64,000 nucleotides of DNA from Octopus vulgaris (taxonomy: Eukaryota), in contig OX597823.1 in NCBI GenBank assembly GCA_951406725.2, positions 81,902,001 through 81,966,000 of the forward strand, written 5' to 3'. The position numbers were made by a program, and so were the translations under genes. This document shows, piece by piece, positions 38,715-49,732 of the stretch (positions are counted from its first letter, which is position 1; the number at the start of each line of letters is the position of its first letter). The notes beneath the pieces are model-generated. The model did no database searches. It was not told the origin of the DNA and saw only the letters and a list, made by a program, of their open reading frames with translations.

Positions 38715-38900
38715 ACCAGAATCGTTAGAAAGCCGACCAGAATACTCAGCGACATTTCGTCCGCATTTATATTCTGAGTTCAAATTCCACCGACGTCGAC
38801 TTTACCATTCAGTATCGATACAATAAGTACCAGTTGAACACTGGCATTGATGAAATCATCTTAACCCCTTTTCTGAACTTGCTGGCCTTGTGCTAAAGTA
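38715..38900 (+). mobile_element. Degenerate SINE family C (paralog about 51013-51205)
   Basis: TTCTGAGTTCAAATTCC...GTCGACTTTACC...TAAGTACCAGTTGAACACTGG blocks. Confidence 0.6.
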
Positions 38901-39000
38901 GGAAGCCGATATTATTTATCTCGTTATGGATGTGTGAATGAGCGTACGTACAAAGTTAAGTATTTTTAAAGTTATTAATTTTGACGGGAAAAACAATTTA

Positions 39001-39063
39001 TTTCCATGCCGGGAATCGAACCCGGACCACAGCCAGGAATCCTAACCACTAGGTCACATGGGA
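39001..39063 (-). pseudogene. tRNA-Glu pseudogene lacking the anticodon
   Basis: A 9-nt deletion (CTGGGTGAA on the plus strand) removes the anticodon; further substitutions. Confidence 0.9.
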
Positions 39064-39148
39064 AAGACGCCTGCTAAACCTAACAGTTACTGTTTTATTA
39101 AAGATACTGCGTTATTTAACCCATTTGTTTTTGTGTGAGTGTGTAAGG

Positions 39149-39184
<36 letters not shown>

Positions 39185-39528
39185 GTGTATGCATGTGTGC
39201 ACCCGTGCGAGCGTACTTGTATGCATTTGTGTTTGTGCATCCCTCTCACTCATTCTCTCTCCTCTCTCTCCCTCTGTCTGTCTGTCTGTCTGTCTCTCTC
39301 TATCTATCTATATCTATATATATTTAATACTTCTTTAGACCTAGACACATCGCTTTCACGTCGCATTCTCTTTTATAAAAATGGTTAAAACATGATTCTT
39401 AGATCTCTCCAGAATAAAAGGGAAACCGAAATAAGTAAACAAATAAATCCAAAATCAACTTCTATATAACTCTCAATTACATGACTGTCACTATAGATAC
39501 ATATTGACAGAGCAAAAAAAAAAATCCT

Positions 39529-39600
39529 TTCCCATGCCGGGAATCGAACCCGGGCCGCCTGGGTGAAAGCCAGAAATCCTAACCACTAGACCACATGGGA
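39529..39600 (-). tRNA. tRNA-Glu(TTC) variant
   Basis: Single C27T change, giving a T-G wobble at the top of the anticodon stem. Confidence 0.9.
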
Positions 39601-40337
39601 ATGTTGCTTAGCTGATGCTGCAGTTACTGTTTTATAAAACGTGTTGCGTTATTTTACCTACTTATGTGTGTATGTGTGTGTGTTTATATCTTTTAGTATT
39701 GCCTCCTACGTGCAGGCTTGTGACTAGAACTTCCAGTGGTTACCTCCACCTGTCCTTTTCTCCACTCCCCTATCGCTGCAGGACTCGAGGTTGACATTTC
39801 GAAAACTCGACTGTACAGACACCTGTGCGTGAAGTTATTTTAAGTGGGAGAACTTTTGCACAAGGACAATCCCACTCTCTCGGTAGAAAACCGTTATGGC
39901 TGGAAACCTTTCCTGCTGCAGTGGAAGGGTAGTACCTCTGGTGGGTGAGTGGGGGTTAGTCGTTCTCTCTGGGAGTGGTTCGTCTACCTTTGGGCCCCAT
40001 CTGGAATCCATCTCTCACCTGTGGCTCCAAGTAGCTGTAGCAGGCGCAGCGGCCACATCCCGGTAAACTGCTTCGACTGGCGGGCTACACCAGATGAGGA
40101 TAGCCAAGGGACCTGAAACCCTGTGTGAGATACAGGACCGGCGTATTTGCTCAGCAACAGGAAGTCATTGGTACTCGTCTTCCCAACTGTATGCTTCCCT
40201 ATAACCCTTTTCCACTGTTCTTCGTCCTTGCTGAATCTGGATTTGAACTCGCCAAGTATTAGAAACTTGTCGGTGTTACGCGTGCCATGTAGTATAGTGT
40301 CCAAGTCGGCATAGAACTGCTCTCTGATCTCCTTTCG

Positions 40338-40375
<38 letters not shown>

Positions 40376-40997
40376 GGGCTTATGATGGGGAAGCGGTTGT
40401 CGCTGACAGGTAATCTTCATAAGCCCTTCATTTACGCCTGTGGGCAGGCTGGGAATCCGTTTCAAGGAGTAGACTTGATAGCGAATCCAACTCCGTATAT
40501 TCTGTCCTCATGTAGGGCCTTGCTTTTCCAGAAGAAAATGTAGCCATTTCCTAATTCTGTCAGCGACCCCTCCTCAGTCAGTCGAGTTTCACTCATAGCT
40601 GTTATGTCGATACTGTATCTCGACAGTTCTTTGGCAATGAGGGCTGTTCTTCTCAGATGCCTGGAGACACTGTTTCGATCCTTGAGGGTACCTATATTCC
40701 ATATACCAATGACTATGTTTTTCTTTCTTTGTTTGAATCGACTGCAATGGGTAAGTCATCATCTTCCTCAAGAGGCTCATCACCAGCATCTTTGAGAGCA
40801 ACTTGCCTGAAGCCTAATGTGGCTTTCACCGTGGCCACTGCACCATAGAAATAGCATTTACTGTGCGTCAAGTCAAAGAGAAGTGTATTGAACAACAGAA
40901 GAATTCGTACAGTTCTATATTTAAGAGATGAGGAATTATGTACATTATTTACATTATTTACATTCGGCGGATATTTGTCCTCATCTTGTTTGTTGTT

Positions 40998-41043
40998 AAC
41001 ACAACGTTTCGGCTGATATACCCTCCAGCCTTCTTCAAGTGTC
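40998..41043 (-). ncRNA. Minimal type I hammerhead ribozyme motif (inverted copy)
   Basis: GACAC-TTGAAGA-A-GGCTG(10)CAGCC-GAAACGTT-GTGTT. First core C is mutated to T. Confidence 0.6.
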
Positions 41044-41237
41044 TTGGGGAAATTTCGAACCTAGGTTCTCATTCCCACGAGCATATAGCGTAGTGGTTAG
41101 GAGCGCGGGCTACTAAGCCCAAGATTCCGAGTTCGATTCCAAGCAGTGACCTGAACAATAACAATAATGATAATAATAATAATAATAACATCGAAAAATA
41201 CCTTAGGAATGAGAACCCAGGTTCGAAATTTCCCCAA

Positions 41238-41283
41238 GACACCTGAAGAAGGCTGGACGGTATATCAGCCGAAACTTTGTGTT
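41238..41283 (+). ncRNA. Minimal type I hammerhead ribozyme motif
   Basis: GACAC-CTGAAGA-A-GGCTG(10)CAGCC-GAAAC-TTT-GTGTT. One change (G to T) in stem III relative to the other arm. Confidence 0.65.
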
Positions 41284-42415
41284 AACAACAAACAAGATGA
41301 GGACAAATATCTGTCGAATGTAAATAATGTAAATAATGTTGAAGTATTTGTATTCAGTGTTCATAGACCTGACCAAAGCTTTCGACACAGAACAGAAAAG
41401 CTTTGTGGACCATCCTAACTAAGCTAGGCTGTTCATGTAAGTTCACCGCAGTGGTAAGTCTCTTCCACGACAATGCAATCGGTCAAGTTCTCTCTCTGCA
41501 ATGGGGACTGCATCAACTCTTCCAATAGAAACAGGGCTGCGTTCTCGTCCCGTCTTGTTCAACATGTTTTTCCCGTAGGTCCGATTCCACACAACAAAAA
41601 ATCTAGACCTAGGTGTATACGTCAAATATCTTTCAGACAGCTCAGCTTTCGCCCTCCAGCAACTCTCTGTTCGAACCAAGACGGTGGAAAAGCTCATCGC
41701 TGAAACACTATTTGCGGATGACAGTCCCCTAATGGCACACAAGAAAAGCCAGCGGTAGATTATTGTCGCCCACTTTGCAGAAGCGTCAAAGATCTTTAGT
41801 CCAAGCAGCCCCGAACAAATGTCACCCCTGTCCAAACATCACCATTAAGGTAGTCCAGTTGAAGTGTGTATGAGAGCTTCAAGCACCTTAGCCCAATCTC
41901 AGCCCAACTACAAATTACGATCAGACTATGCATACGTATAAATAACTAGAAGCCTGTGCGATTATCGAGCTGGAATTTGAAAACTGAACCACGAGTAGAC
42001 TACGTACGTATATAAGTGGTTAGAAGAGCGTGCACAAACGGTTCTTTAGCGTACACATTTTCATATTTCATATAGAAAATATTTTTGATATATTTTGTTA
42101 AAAACTTAACCATGGTTCGGGAGAAAGAAAAGGGCAAACGCACTCACAGTCGTGAGCGTGCGTGCACATACACACACACACACATACACACACACTAACA
42201 TACACTAACACACACTCACATATATATTTGCACATACGTATATATTTATGTATTTGCAGTACATGGATGGTCAAATATAACATCATTTCACGTCTTCATG
42301 TACAGTATGGATGTGACTTGGAACAGATTATCTTTATTTACATTTATTTTAACTACTCATGTGACGAACGATTTGCTTAACGAACATAGTTCAGGAACGG
42401 ATCATCTTGGTAGAA

Positions 42416-42736
42416 GCACTCGGTCGGTTACGACGACGAGGGTCCCAGCTGATACGACCAAGGGAACAGCTTGCTCATGAAAATAACGTGCAAGTGGCTG
42501 AGCACTCCACAGACACGAGTACCCTTAACGTCGTTCTCAGGGAGATTCAGCGTGACACAGAGTGTGATAAGGCCAGCCCTTTGAAATACAGGTACTACTC
42601 ATTTTTCCCAGCTGAGTGGACTGGAGCAACGTGAAATAAAGTGTCTTACTCAAGGACACAACGCGTCACCGGGAATTGAACTCAAGACCTTATGATCGTG
42701 AGCCTAATACCCTAACCACTAAGCCACTCGCCTTCA
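42416..42736 (-). mobile_element. SINE family B-related
   Basis: Tail shared with 14716-14900; head related to 37680-37822. Confidence 0.8.
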
Positions 42737-42829
42737 CTCATCTTTGTATATAGAGATTCCACTGTGTAGCAAACTCCGAAATACTTTTCTGATACTGCAA
42801 ATAAATTCTGACAGAAAAAGAAGGACGCG

Positions 42830-42888
42830 TTCCTATGCTGGCATCAAACTCAGGATGACCGGAATCTTAATTACTTGACCACATTGGA
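42830..42888 (-). pseudogene. Highly degenerate tRNA-Glu relic
   Basis: TTCCTATGCTGGCATCAAACTCAGG...GGAATCTTAATTACTTGACCACATTGGA, with cluster-type flanks. Confidence 0.6.
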
Positions 42889-43248
42889 AAGCTGGTCATG
42901 TATCCTGACAGTTACTGTTTTATCAAAAGTACCCCTTCATTTTTCCAATTTGCATGCTCTCTGTCCATGTATGCATGTATGTGTGTGTACGTATTTGTGT
43001 ATGTGTGCTTTGTCCTTCTTTAGATCTTGTAATGCAGGAGTCTAAGATAATCAATCTCTTATTCTGATACATCGACATTGTTTAACGGCTTGGATCTGCT
43101 TCTTTAAAGTTGATAAATTCCACTTGATTCTTAGATCTCTCTAAAAACAACAAAAAAAAGAAGCAATCAAATTGAATGAATAAAACTGGAATTAAGTTAT
43201 ATGTAACACTAAATTAGATAAATTATTTCGGTAAAAAAAAAGAATGCG

Positions 43249-43320
43249 GTCCCATGCCGGGAATCGAACCCGGGCCGCCTGGGTGAAAGCCAGGAATCCT
43301 AACCACTAGACCACATGGGA
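43249..43320 (-). tRNA. tRNA-Glu(TTC) variant with discriminator C
   Basis: Consensus except that the last (discriminator) base is A to C. Confidence 0.88.
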
Positions 43321-43953
43321 GAGCTGCGGGTTTAGACTACTGTTAATCATTTATAAAATATGTAACGTAATTTTATATATGTGTGTATGTTTTTGCTTTG
43401 CCTAAAAATCGGAAAAGGAAGAGTCGGAGAAGGAAGAATCAGAAGAGAAAGAGTCATCATAATCCAGTATTTTGTTCAGGTAGCGACATTATTTATCGTG
43501 TCGTAACTGCTTTTTCATTTCTTGCCCTATCCAAAAACAAAAGAAACCAAATGAATGAATAAATAACTAAAGAAAAAAAACGACTTCAATTACAGTGGGG
43601 TGCTTATATACGAACGGTTCTGTGAACCATAAAACATGAATATCGAGCGGTTTTTCTTTACGAAACGAAAGTCGAATATCAAACTGAAACTTCAAGGAGC
43701 TGGAACAACATGCAAACTACGCATACATACAAGTGGCTAAGCGAGCGTGTATAAAGGGTTCGTTAACGTACGCATTTGCACATGTTAAATAGAAAATAAT
43801 ATTCTTCATATATTTTGATCATCAAAAGCAAAAAGAGTAAGTGCACCCAATCATATATATGTATGTATATATGCATATATTTATATATTATATTATATTA
43901 TATTATATTATATCATATTATATTATATTATAATATATTATATTATATTATAT

Positions 43954-43993
<40 letters not shown>

Positions 43994-44025
43994 GATCAAA
44001 ATAAAAACATGATGCGAAGGATTCA

Positions 44026-44103
44026 GCGGTACATATGTTTCGGGCCTTTATTAGACAGATTTATAACAATGCATAATGTATGTCTGTGGCCTTCTTCAGC
44101 CGC
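44026..44103 (-). ncRNA. Type I hammerhead ribozyme motif (Penelope-type fragment)
   Basis: GCGG-CTGAAGA-AGGCC...long stem II...GGCCC-GAAAC-ATAT-GTA-CCGC. Core intact, stems I and III pair. Confidence 0.65.
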
Positions 44104-44161
44104 GCACAACAGCTTCCACCATATAAATATATGCATATATACATACATATATGTATATACC

Positions 44162-44234
<73 letters not shown>

Positions 44235-44538
44235 GCATATATAGGTACAGGACACAAAAAAACGTTGAACACAATGAGAAACGAAAACATAAAAACAAAA
44301 ACATAGAAAACGAACTTTTTCGTACAAAGAAAAAAACCAAACAGAGAAATGAGACATGAAACATAAAGAATATTCCCCTTCATCAGTTGTCCCTGTTTCA
44401 TCTACTCCGCATTACGAAGGCAAGGACAATACGCGGATTCATTTATGTAGTCCTTCCCGCAAAGCAAATTAAATAAAATTTGGGATTTTTTGCGGAGGGT
44501 GAAAGTGGTAACAAGAACAGGACAGTGAAAACAAAACA

Positions 44539-44570
<32 letters not shown>

Positions 44571-45217
44571 TGTCAGTTGGGTGTGAAGTTGGGTGTAAAG
44601 TCAGTTGGGTGTGAAGTTGGGGATATTTTCAGAGAAGCACTCAATCCGAATACTGGGTTCTGTTGGAATAATGTCGGAATACTTCTGGTGTAGAAAATCC
44701 AAGTTTCTCAACGATTATACTGCCATATGGTTTGGCGAAGAGTAAATAATCTAATGAAAAGAAGGCAAAGAAAATTCTTTAACGCATCTTTAATTATTTA
44801 TAAGTTACACATGTTTCCGTACCATCTCCGTTTGGAACACCAATTTACGCGAAAATTCTACAAGAGAAAATTACGTAATCATCATCATCATCATCATCAT
44901 CATCGTTTAGCGGTTATCGGTATCGGAGCGGCACTTCCTCAGACTTGCATCAAAGTCATGCTATTACATTGAGCGTCTCTATCAGATCTTGTTATGAAAG
45001 TATCGTGAGGAAATGAAAAGGAAAAAAATTAAAAGTGTGTGTGTGGGATGAGTCTGTGGGGAAGAAATTATGTGGGGGGGGGGGGGGTCAAAAGGGTGGA
45101 TACGTATAATGATAGGGGGGAGAAAGGGAAGGAAGGGGAAACGAGTAGAAGGCGAAAGAGAAGAATCGGAAGAAGGAGAAAGAAAAGCAAGATGGAGAAG
45201 AAAAAGAAGTAGTGGTA

Positions 45218-45280
45218 GAAGAAGAAGAAGAAGAAGAAGAAGAAGAAGAAGAAGAAGAAGAAGAAGAAGAAGAAGAAGAA
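45218..45280. repeat. (GAA)n microsatellite within a polypurine tract (about 45070-45285)
   Basis: Direct reading. Confidence 0.95.
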
Positions 45281-45620
45281 GGAAAAGCTGGTGGTGTGTC
45301 AGTCAGTACAGGCAGGACCATTGCTATCAAAATTCGCCCGATGAAATACGATGTATTTAACTACACAGGGATATTAGTCCGCGACAATTTAACGTGAAAA
45401 AAAAAATCTATTAAATAGATAACTAGACAATTGTCCGGAGTCAAAGGATGAGGATGTTAAAGATGTATGTTGTGGGGGAGGGGGGCTAAAATTTATGACC
45501 TTAGAGCGTTTCAGCACTGGGGGAGAGGTTCAAGTAGTAATAGTAAAAGACGAACATGCATACCGAAATACACACACTCACATACGCATACACACAGACC
45601 AACACAACATGTATATATAC

Positions 45621-45667
<47 letters not shown>

Positions 45668-45743
45668 AGCAATAATAAACCTCTGAACGAGGTATAAACA
45701 GTAACTGCACGACAATGTGAGGTATACTTGCCATCTCAATATG

Positions 45744-46125
45744 GCTAACCACTAAGGGTGGGTGTTACTGTAGTTTGTAGCTCCAGGAGAGCATCGTCTC
45801 CAGCTGGCTTTAGACACACTTTCTGTGCCCTTATGGTATTTGCAAAGGGAGGTCATCCCTCCCTCGTCAACCTAAGTGATACGCACGGACTGCAGATAAA
45901 ATATTTGCATTGGGACATCCCTTCATCGAAAACCGGTGATTGTCGTACGCCGACGACAGGTCAATACCTAGAAACTGGAGTCCGTGCGTATCACTTAGGT
46001 TGACGAAGGAGGGATGACCTCCCTTTGCAAATACCATAAGGACACAGAAAGTGTGCCTAAAGCTAGCTGGAGACGATGATCTCCTGGGGCTAAAAGCTAC
46101 AGTAACACCCACCCTTAGTGGTTAG
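45744..46125. mobile_element. Palindromic element (about 148-bp arms) with a hammerhead relic, Penelope-type
   Basis: Arms 45744-45891 and 45979-46125 (CTAACCACTAAGGGTGGGTG...CACCCACCCTTAGTGGTTAG). Hammerhead-like motif at 45945-45987. Confidence 0.7.
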
Positions 46126-46170
46126 GCACATATATATATATATTTATATATATATATATATATATATAGC

Positions 46171-46219
<49 letters not shown>

Positions 46220-46393
46220 CATACATACATGTATACTTGCACAGACACACATATATATATCTATATATAAATACATACAGACATACATACATACATAATA
46301 AATACATATATAACTATACACACACATAGATATACATACATTTACCTACACATACACATATACACGTACATACATAAATAAACACACACACAC

Positions 46394-46435
<42 letters not shown>

Positions 46436-46440
46436 ACATA

Positions 46441-46482
<42 letters not shown>

Positions 46483-46647
46483 CATATATATATATCTGTG
46501 GCTTGGAACGGAGTATCCTATTTTACATCTATTTGAATTACTCATGTAACGAACAATTTGCTTAACAAACAGAGATCCCGCTGTATAGGGAATCTGAAGT
46601 ACTTTTCTGACACTACTAGCAAATTATAATAGAAAAAAAAGGATGCT

Positions 46648-46705
46648 TGCCCATGCCGAGATTGAACTTAGAGCGCCCAGATCCTAACTGCTAGATCACA
46701 TTGGA
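46648..46705 (-). pseudogene. Highly degenerate tRNA-Glu relic
   Basis: TGCCCATGCCGAGATTGAACT...ATCCTAACTGCTAGATCACATTGGA. Flanks are paralogous to the 42830 relic. Confidence 0.6.
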
Positions 46706-47284
46706 AAGCTGATCACTGTTTTATCAAAAGTAGTGCTTTATTTTCCAATTTGCGTCTGTGTACGTATTTGTGTGTGTGAGTGTGTGTTTTGTTCTTCTTT
46801 AGATCAAGCAATCCAATCTAATTCTGATATATCGACGTTGTTTAACACGTTGCACATGCTTCTTTAAAACTGGTAAATCCTACTTGATTCTTAGATTTCT
46901 CCAAAATTTGAAGGAATCAAAAGGTATGAGTGAAACTTGAATTAAGTTATATGTAACACTAAGCTATTTAGATAAATTCTTTCGGGGAAAACAAAGAATA
47001 CAGGTTCCCACTACGAGCAGACTACGCACGAGTATAAATAACTAGGTGCCTAAGTGCATGTATGCGTTGTTCTTTAGATTTAACAATGCAGGAATCAGAG
47101 ATAATCCATTTCTTATTCTGATATACCGACATTGTTTGACGCGTCACATCTGCTTTCTTAAAACTGGTAAATACTGTTTGTTTCATAGATCTTTCCAAAA
47201 TATGAAGGAATAAAAAAAAATGGAATTGCGTCTTATGTAACACTAAATTATTTAGATAAATTCTTTTGGTAAAAAGAAAATGCG

Positions 47285-47356
47285 TTCCCATGCCGGGAAT
47301 CGAACCCGGGCCGCCTGGGTGAAAGCCAGGAATCCTAACCACTAGACCACATGGGA
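47285..47356 (-). tRNA. tRNA-Glu(TTC)
   Basis: Identical to consensus. Confidence 0.97.
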
Positions 47357-47600
47357 GAGATGCTGGCTGAACTTCACTGTCAATCATTTATAAAATGTGC
47401 AACATAATTTTATATATTTGTGTGTGTATGTCAAAGTTGTTCTTTAGTTTAAGAAATACAGGAGTCTAAGATAATCCATCTCTTATTCTGATAACTTGTT
47501 TAACAAATATTATTTGTTTCTTAGATTTTTCCAAAATATGAAAGAATCAAAAGGAATGAATAAAGCTGGAATCTTACGTAACAAGAAAGTATTTAGATAA

Positions 47601-48686
47601 CAAGGCTATTTTGAATTGTGAAGACTTCCGTACCCGGATTAAGGTGTTAGTACAGAGGGCATTGTGTGGCACCATCATTAACAATAGATGGTGGCACTCC
47701 CTCAAAAGAGCCATTCGTTCAGAGTCCATTAGATTTAGCAATCAGCTAAGGTTAGATAGGTCTAGGATAGAGGACGATTTAGTTAAGAATCTAAACGAGG
47801 CAATGGAAGCTGGCTCTGCATCCGGAGTGATGGCGGCAAGGACGGTATTGTACCGTCACCTTAACTCCAAACACGAAGGTTGCAGAGTCAGAGCTAAGCT
47901 ACGCGCTGGGAAACGAGAAGGTATTAACGTTGCCGGATGGGCCTGTCGAGTGGAGAGTCAGAGAGGTAACAAAGCCTCAATCAAGTCTTTAACTGACGAA
48001 CAGGGACAAAAGATCTATGGACAGGAGGAGATGCAAAAGTTTCTTCACCAGCATTTCGCCCGCGTGTTCGGGGGTGGTGTGGCGCCGGAGCGGGGAGGAC
48101 CTTAAAGGACTTCCTGGCCGGCGGACCGCGGCTCTCGGGGCGTGAGGTGGAGTGCTGTGAAGAAGCGATCACTCCCGCGGAGATAGAGGGGATACTGGCC
48201 GGATGCGCCGGGGAGAAGTCGCCGGGGTTGGATGGTCTGCCCTACGAGTTTTACCAAAGTATGCGGGACTTGTTCGGGGGAATATTGGCAGGCGTCTACA
48301 CGAACTGGCAGCAGAATGGGAGAATTCCCAGTTCTGTAAGCCGGGGAGTGGTGACGCTAATCCAGAAAGACCCGAGCAAGGGGGATAACATTAGTAACTA
48401 CAGGCCCATAACTCTACTTAATGTAGAGTTAAAGATTTTGGCCAAGGTGTTGGCAAAAAGGTTGACGGTTGTCGTGGAGAAACTTGTAGGGAGAGCACAG
48501 ACATGTGCAATTCCAGGCAGGTCGATCCAGGACAATCTTCACCTTATACGCTACACCTTAGATAGGGTGGGTAAATTAACCGGCAAGGGCGGGGGTAATG
48601 GTCCATTTAGACCAAAGTAAAGCGTTCGATAGGGTAGACCATGAGTACCTGGCGACGGTCCTCGAAGCGGCTGGACTGGGCCCTGA
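47601..48686 (+). mobile_element. Tx1-clade LINE internal fragment, second subfamily
   Basis: Frameshifted ORFs with WWHSLK, KSPGLDGLPYEFY, NYRPITLLN, QTCAIPGRSI and LDQSKAFDRVDH. Confidence 0.88.
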
Positions 48687-48857
48687 ATATAAGAAATTAA
48701 ACAAGAAATAGCTTACAAATTATTAAAAAAAATTTTTTTAACCCTAACCCTTTATAAAAAATAATTTATTTACTTAGTTGTAGCATCGACTACCTACGAC
48801 TAGCTAGCGCGGATGCGCGAGTGCGCGCATCGGGACCATTGTTCGCTAGTAGTACCC

Positions 48858-49037
48858 ATATATACATACATACATATATACAATAAGCTTCTTTCAGTGT
48901 TCGCCTACCAGTTCCATTCACAACGTTTTGGTCGGTCCTGGCTATAGAAGAAGACACTTGCCCAATGTGCCACGCAGTGAGAATGAACTTGAAACCATGT
49001 GGTTGCGAAGGAAACTGCTTACCACACCGCCGTGCCT
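48858..49037 (-). mobile_element. SINE family A 5' part, degenerate (paralog 55865-56044)
   Basis: GAAGACACTTGCCCAA...AACCATGTGGTT...CTTACCACAC. Confidence 0.7.
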
Positions 49038-49176
49038 TTATATATTAGTCGTTATTTAAACCTCATTTATTCTGAAATAGCGACATTGTTTGATGCGTCA
49101 TGCCTTTTCGTTTTAAAGAAATGGTAAATCGAACATGATTATCAGATTTCTTCGGGATAAAATGGAAGAACTAAAA

Positions 49177-49375
49177 GGTTTGACCCGAGCAAAAAAAAAA
49201 AAAAAAAAAAAATTTTAAATTAGTGTAACAGGTGTACAACAAATTGGTGTAAACGAATATGAAAACAAAAATGCGCGCTCGCGAAAGGGGGTGGCGAAGA
49301 GGACTTGGAATATTCACATATTGTTTTACACCTATTCCACTATTTTTGCTCTTTTGTTTTTGCTCGGGTCAAACC
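49177..49375. mobile_element. MITE (about 200 bp)
   Basis: TIR GGTTTGACCCGAGCAAAAA / TTTTTGCTCGGGTCAAACC. Paralog at 56183-56369; absent in the related flank near 59805. Confidence 0.8.
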
Positions 49376-49412
49376 ATTTATAAAACCTGAATAAGGTTTT
49401 ACGTAACACAAA

Positions 49413-49732
49413 AATGAAAAGTAAAAAAGTTGCATTATGCAGCTTTTTATTCTCTTCAAGTGAACATTTTTCTGATTAAAATACACCGAAAAATGGCGAC
49501 ACAGCAGTAAAAAAATCGTAAAAAATAGGAATTTTCATAGAAAAAAAGCACCTTCTTGGTGTTAACATGGTCCAATTTGAATTTTTTCTTCTACAGAAGG
49601 AAGAGCAAGCCTTCCTCTATCATACTCTTAATTTTGGTCAACTTGCGCCGCAAGGTCTCGGATGAGATAGTGTTAGTTGAAGGCTACCAAACCTGCCATA
49701 CACAGACAACTTCAGCATTATGTAGAGAGAGA
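49413..49732 (-). mobile_element. Helitron fragment (paralog of 36847-37181, 3' end lost at the duplication junction)
   Basis: Collinear with 36905-37181. Confidence 0.65.

Larger units (their letters stand above)
40908..41339 (+). mobile_element. Penelope-type non-autonomous element with a tRNA-derived head, hammerhead motif and inverted tail copy
   Basis: Inverted arms 40908-41075 and 41206-41339. A box at 41086-41096, B box at 41131-41140, (AAT)n linker. Interrupts the RTE RT. Confidence 0.7.
39700..41890. mobile_element. Rearranged RTE-BovB-like LINE relic
   Basis: Minus-strand APE N-terminus (RRTALIAKELSRY, GY.FFW, GVGFAIK). Plus-strand RT pieces (CGF, TVRQVKEKCIEQ, VFIDLTKAFDT, LFADD). 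Confidence 0.8.

Noticed and set aside
43815-46545. YIYI, poly-R, poly-E, poly-S and poly-H ORFs
   Set aside because: Microsatellite translations with no coding signal.
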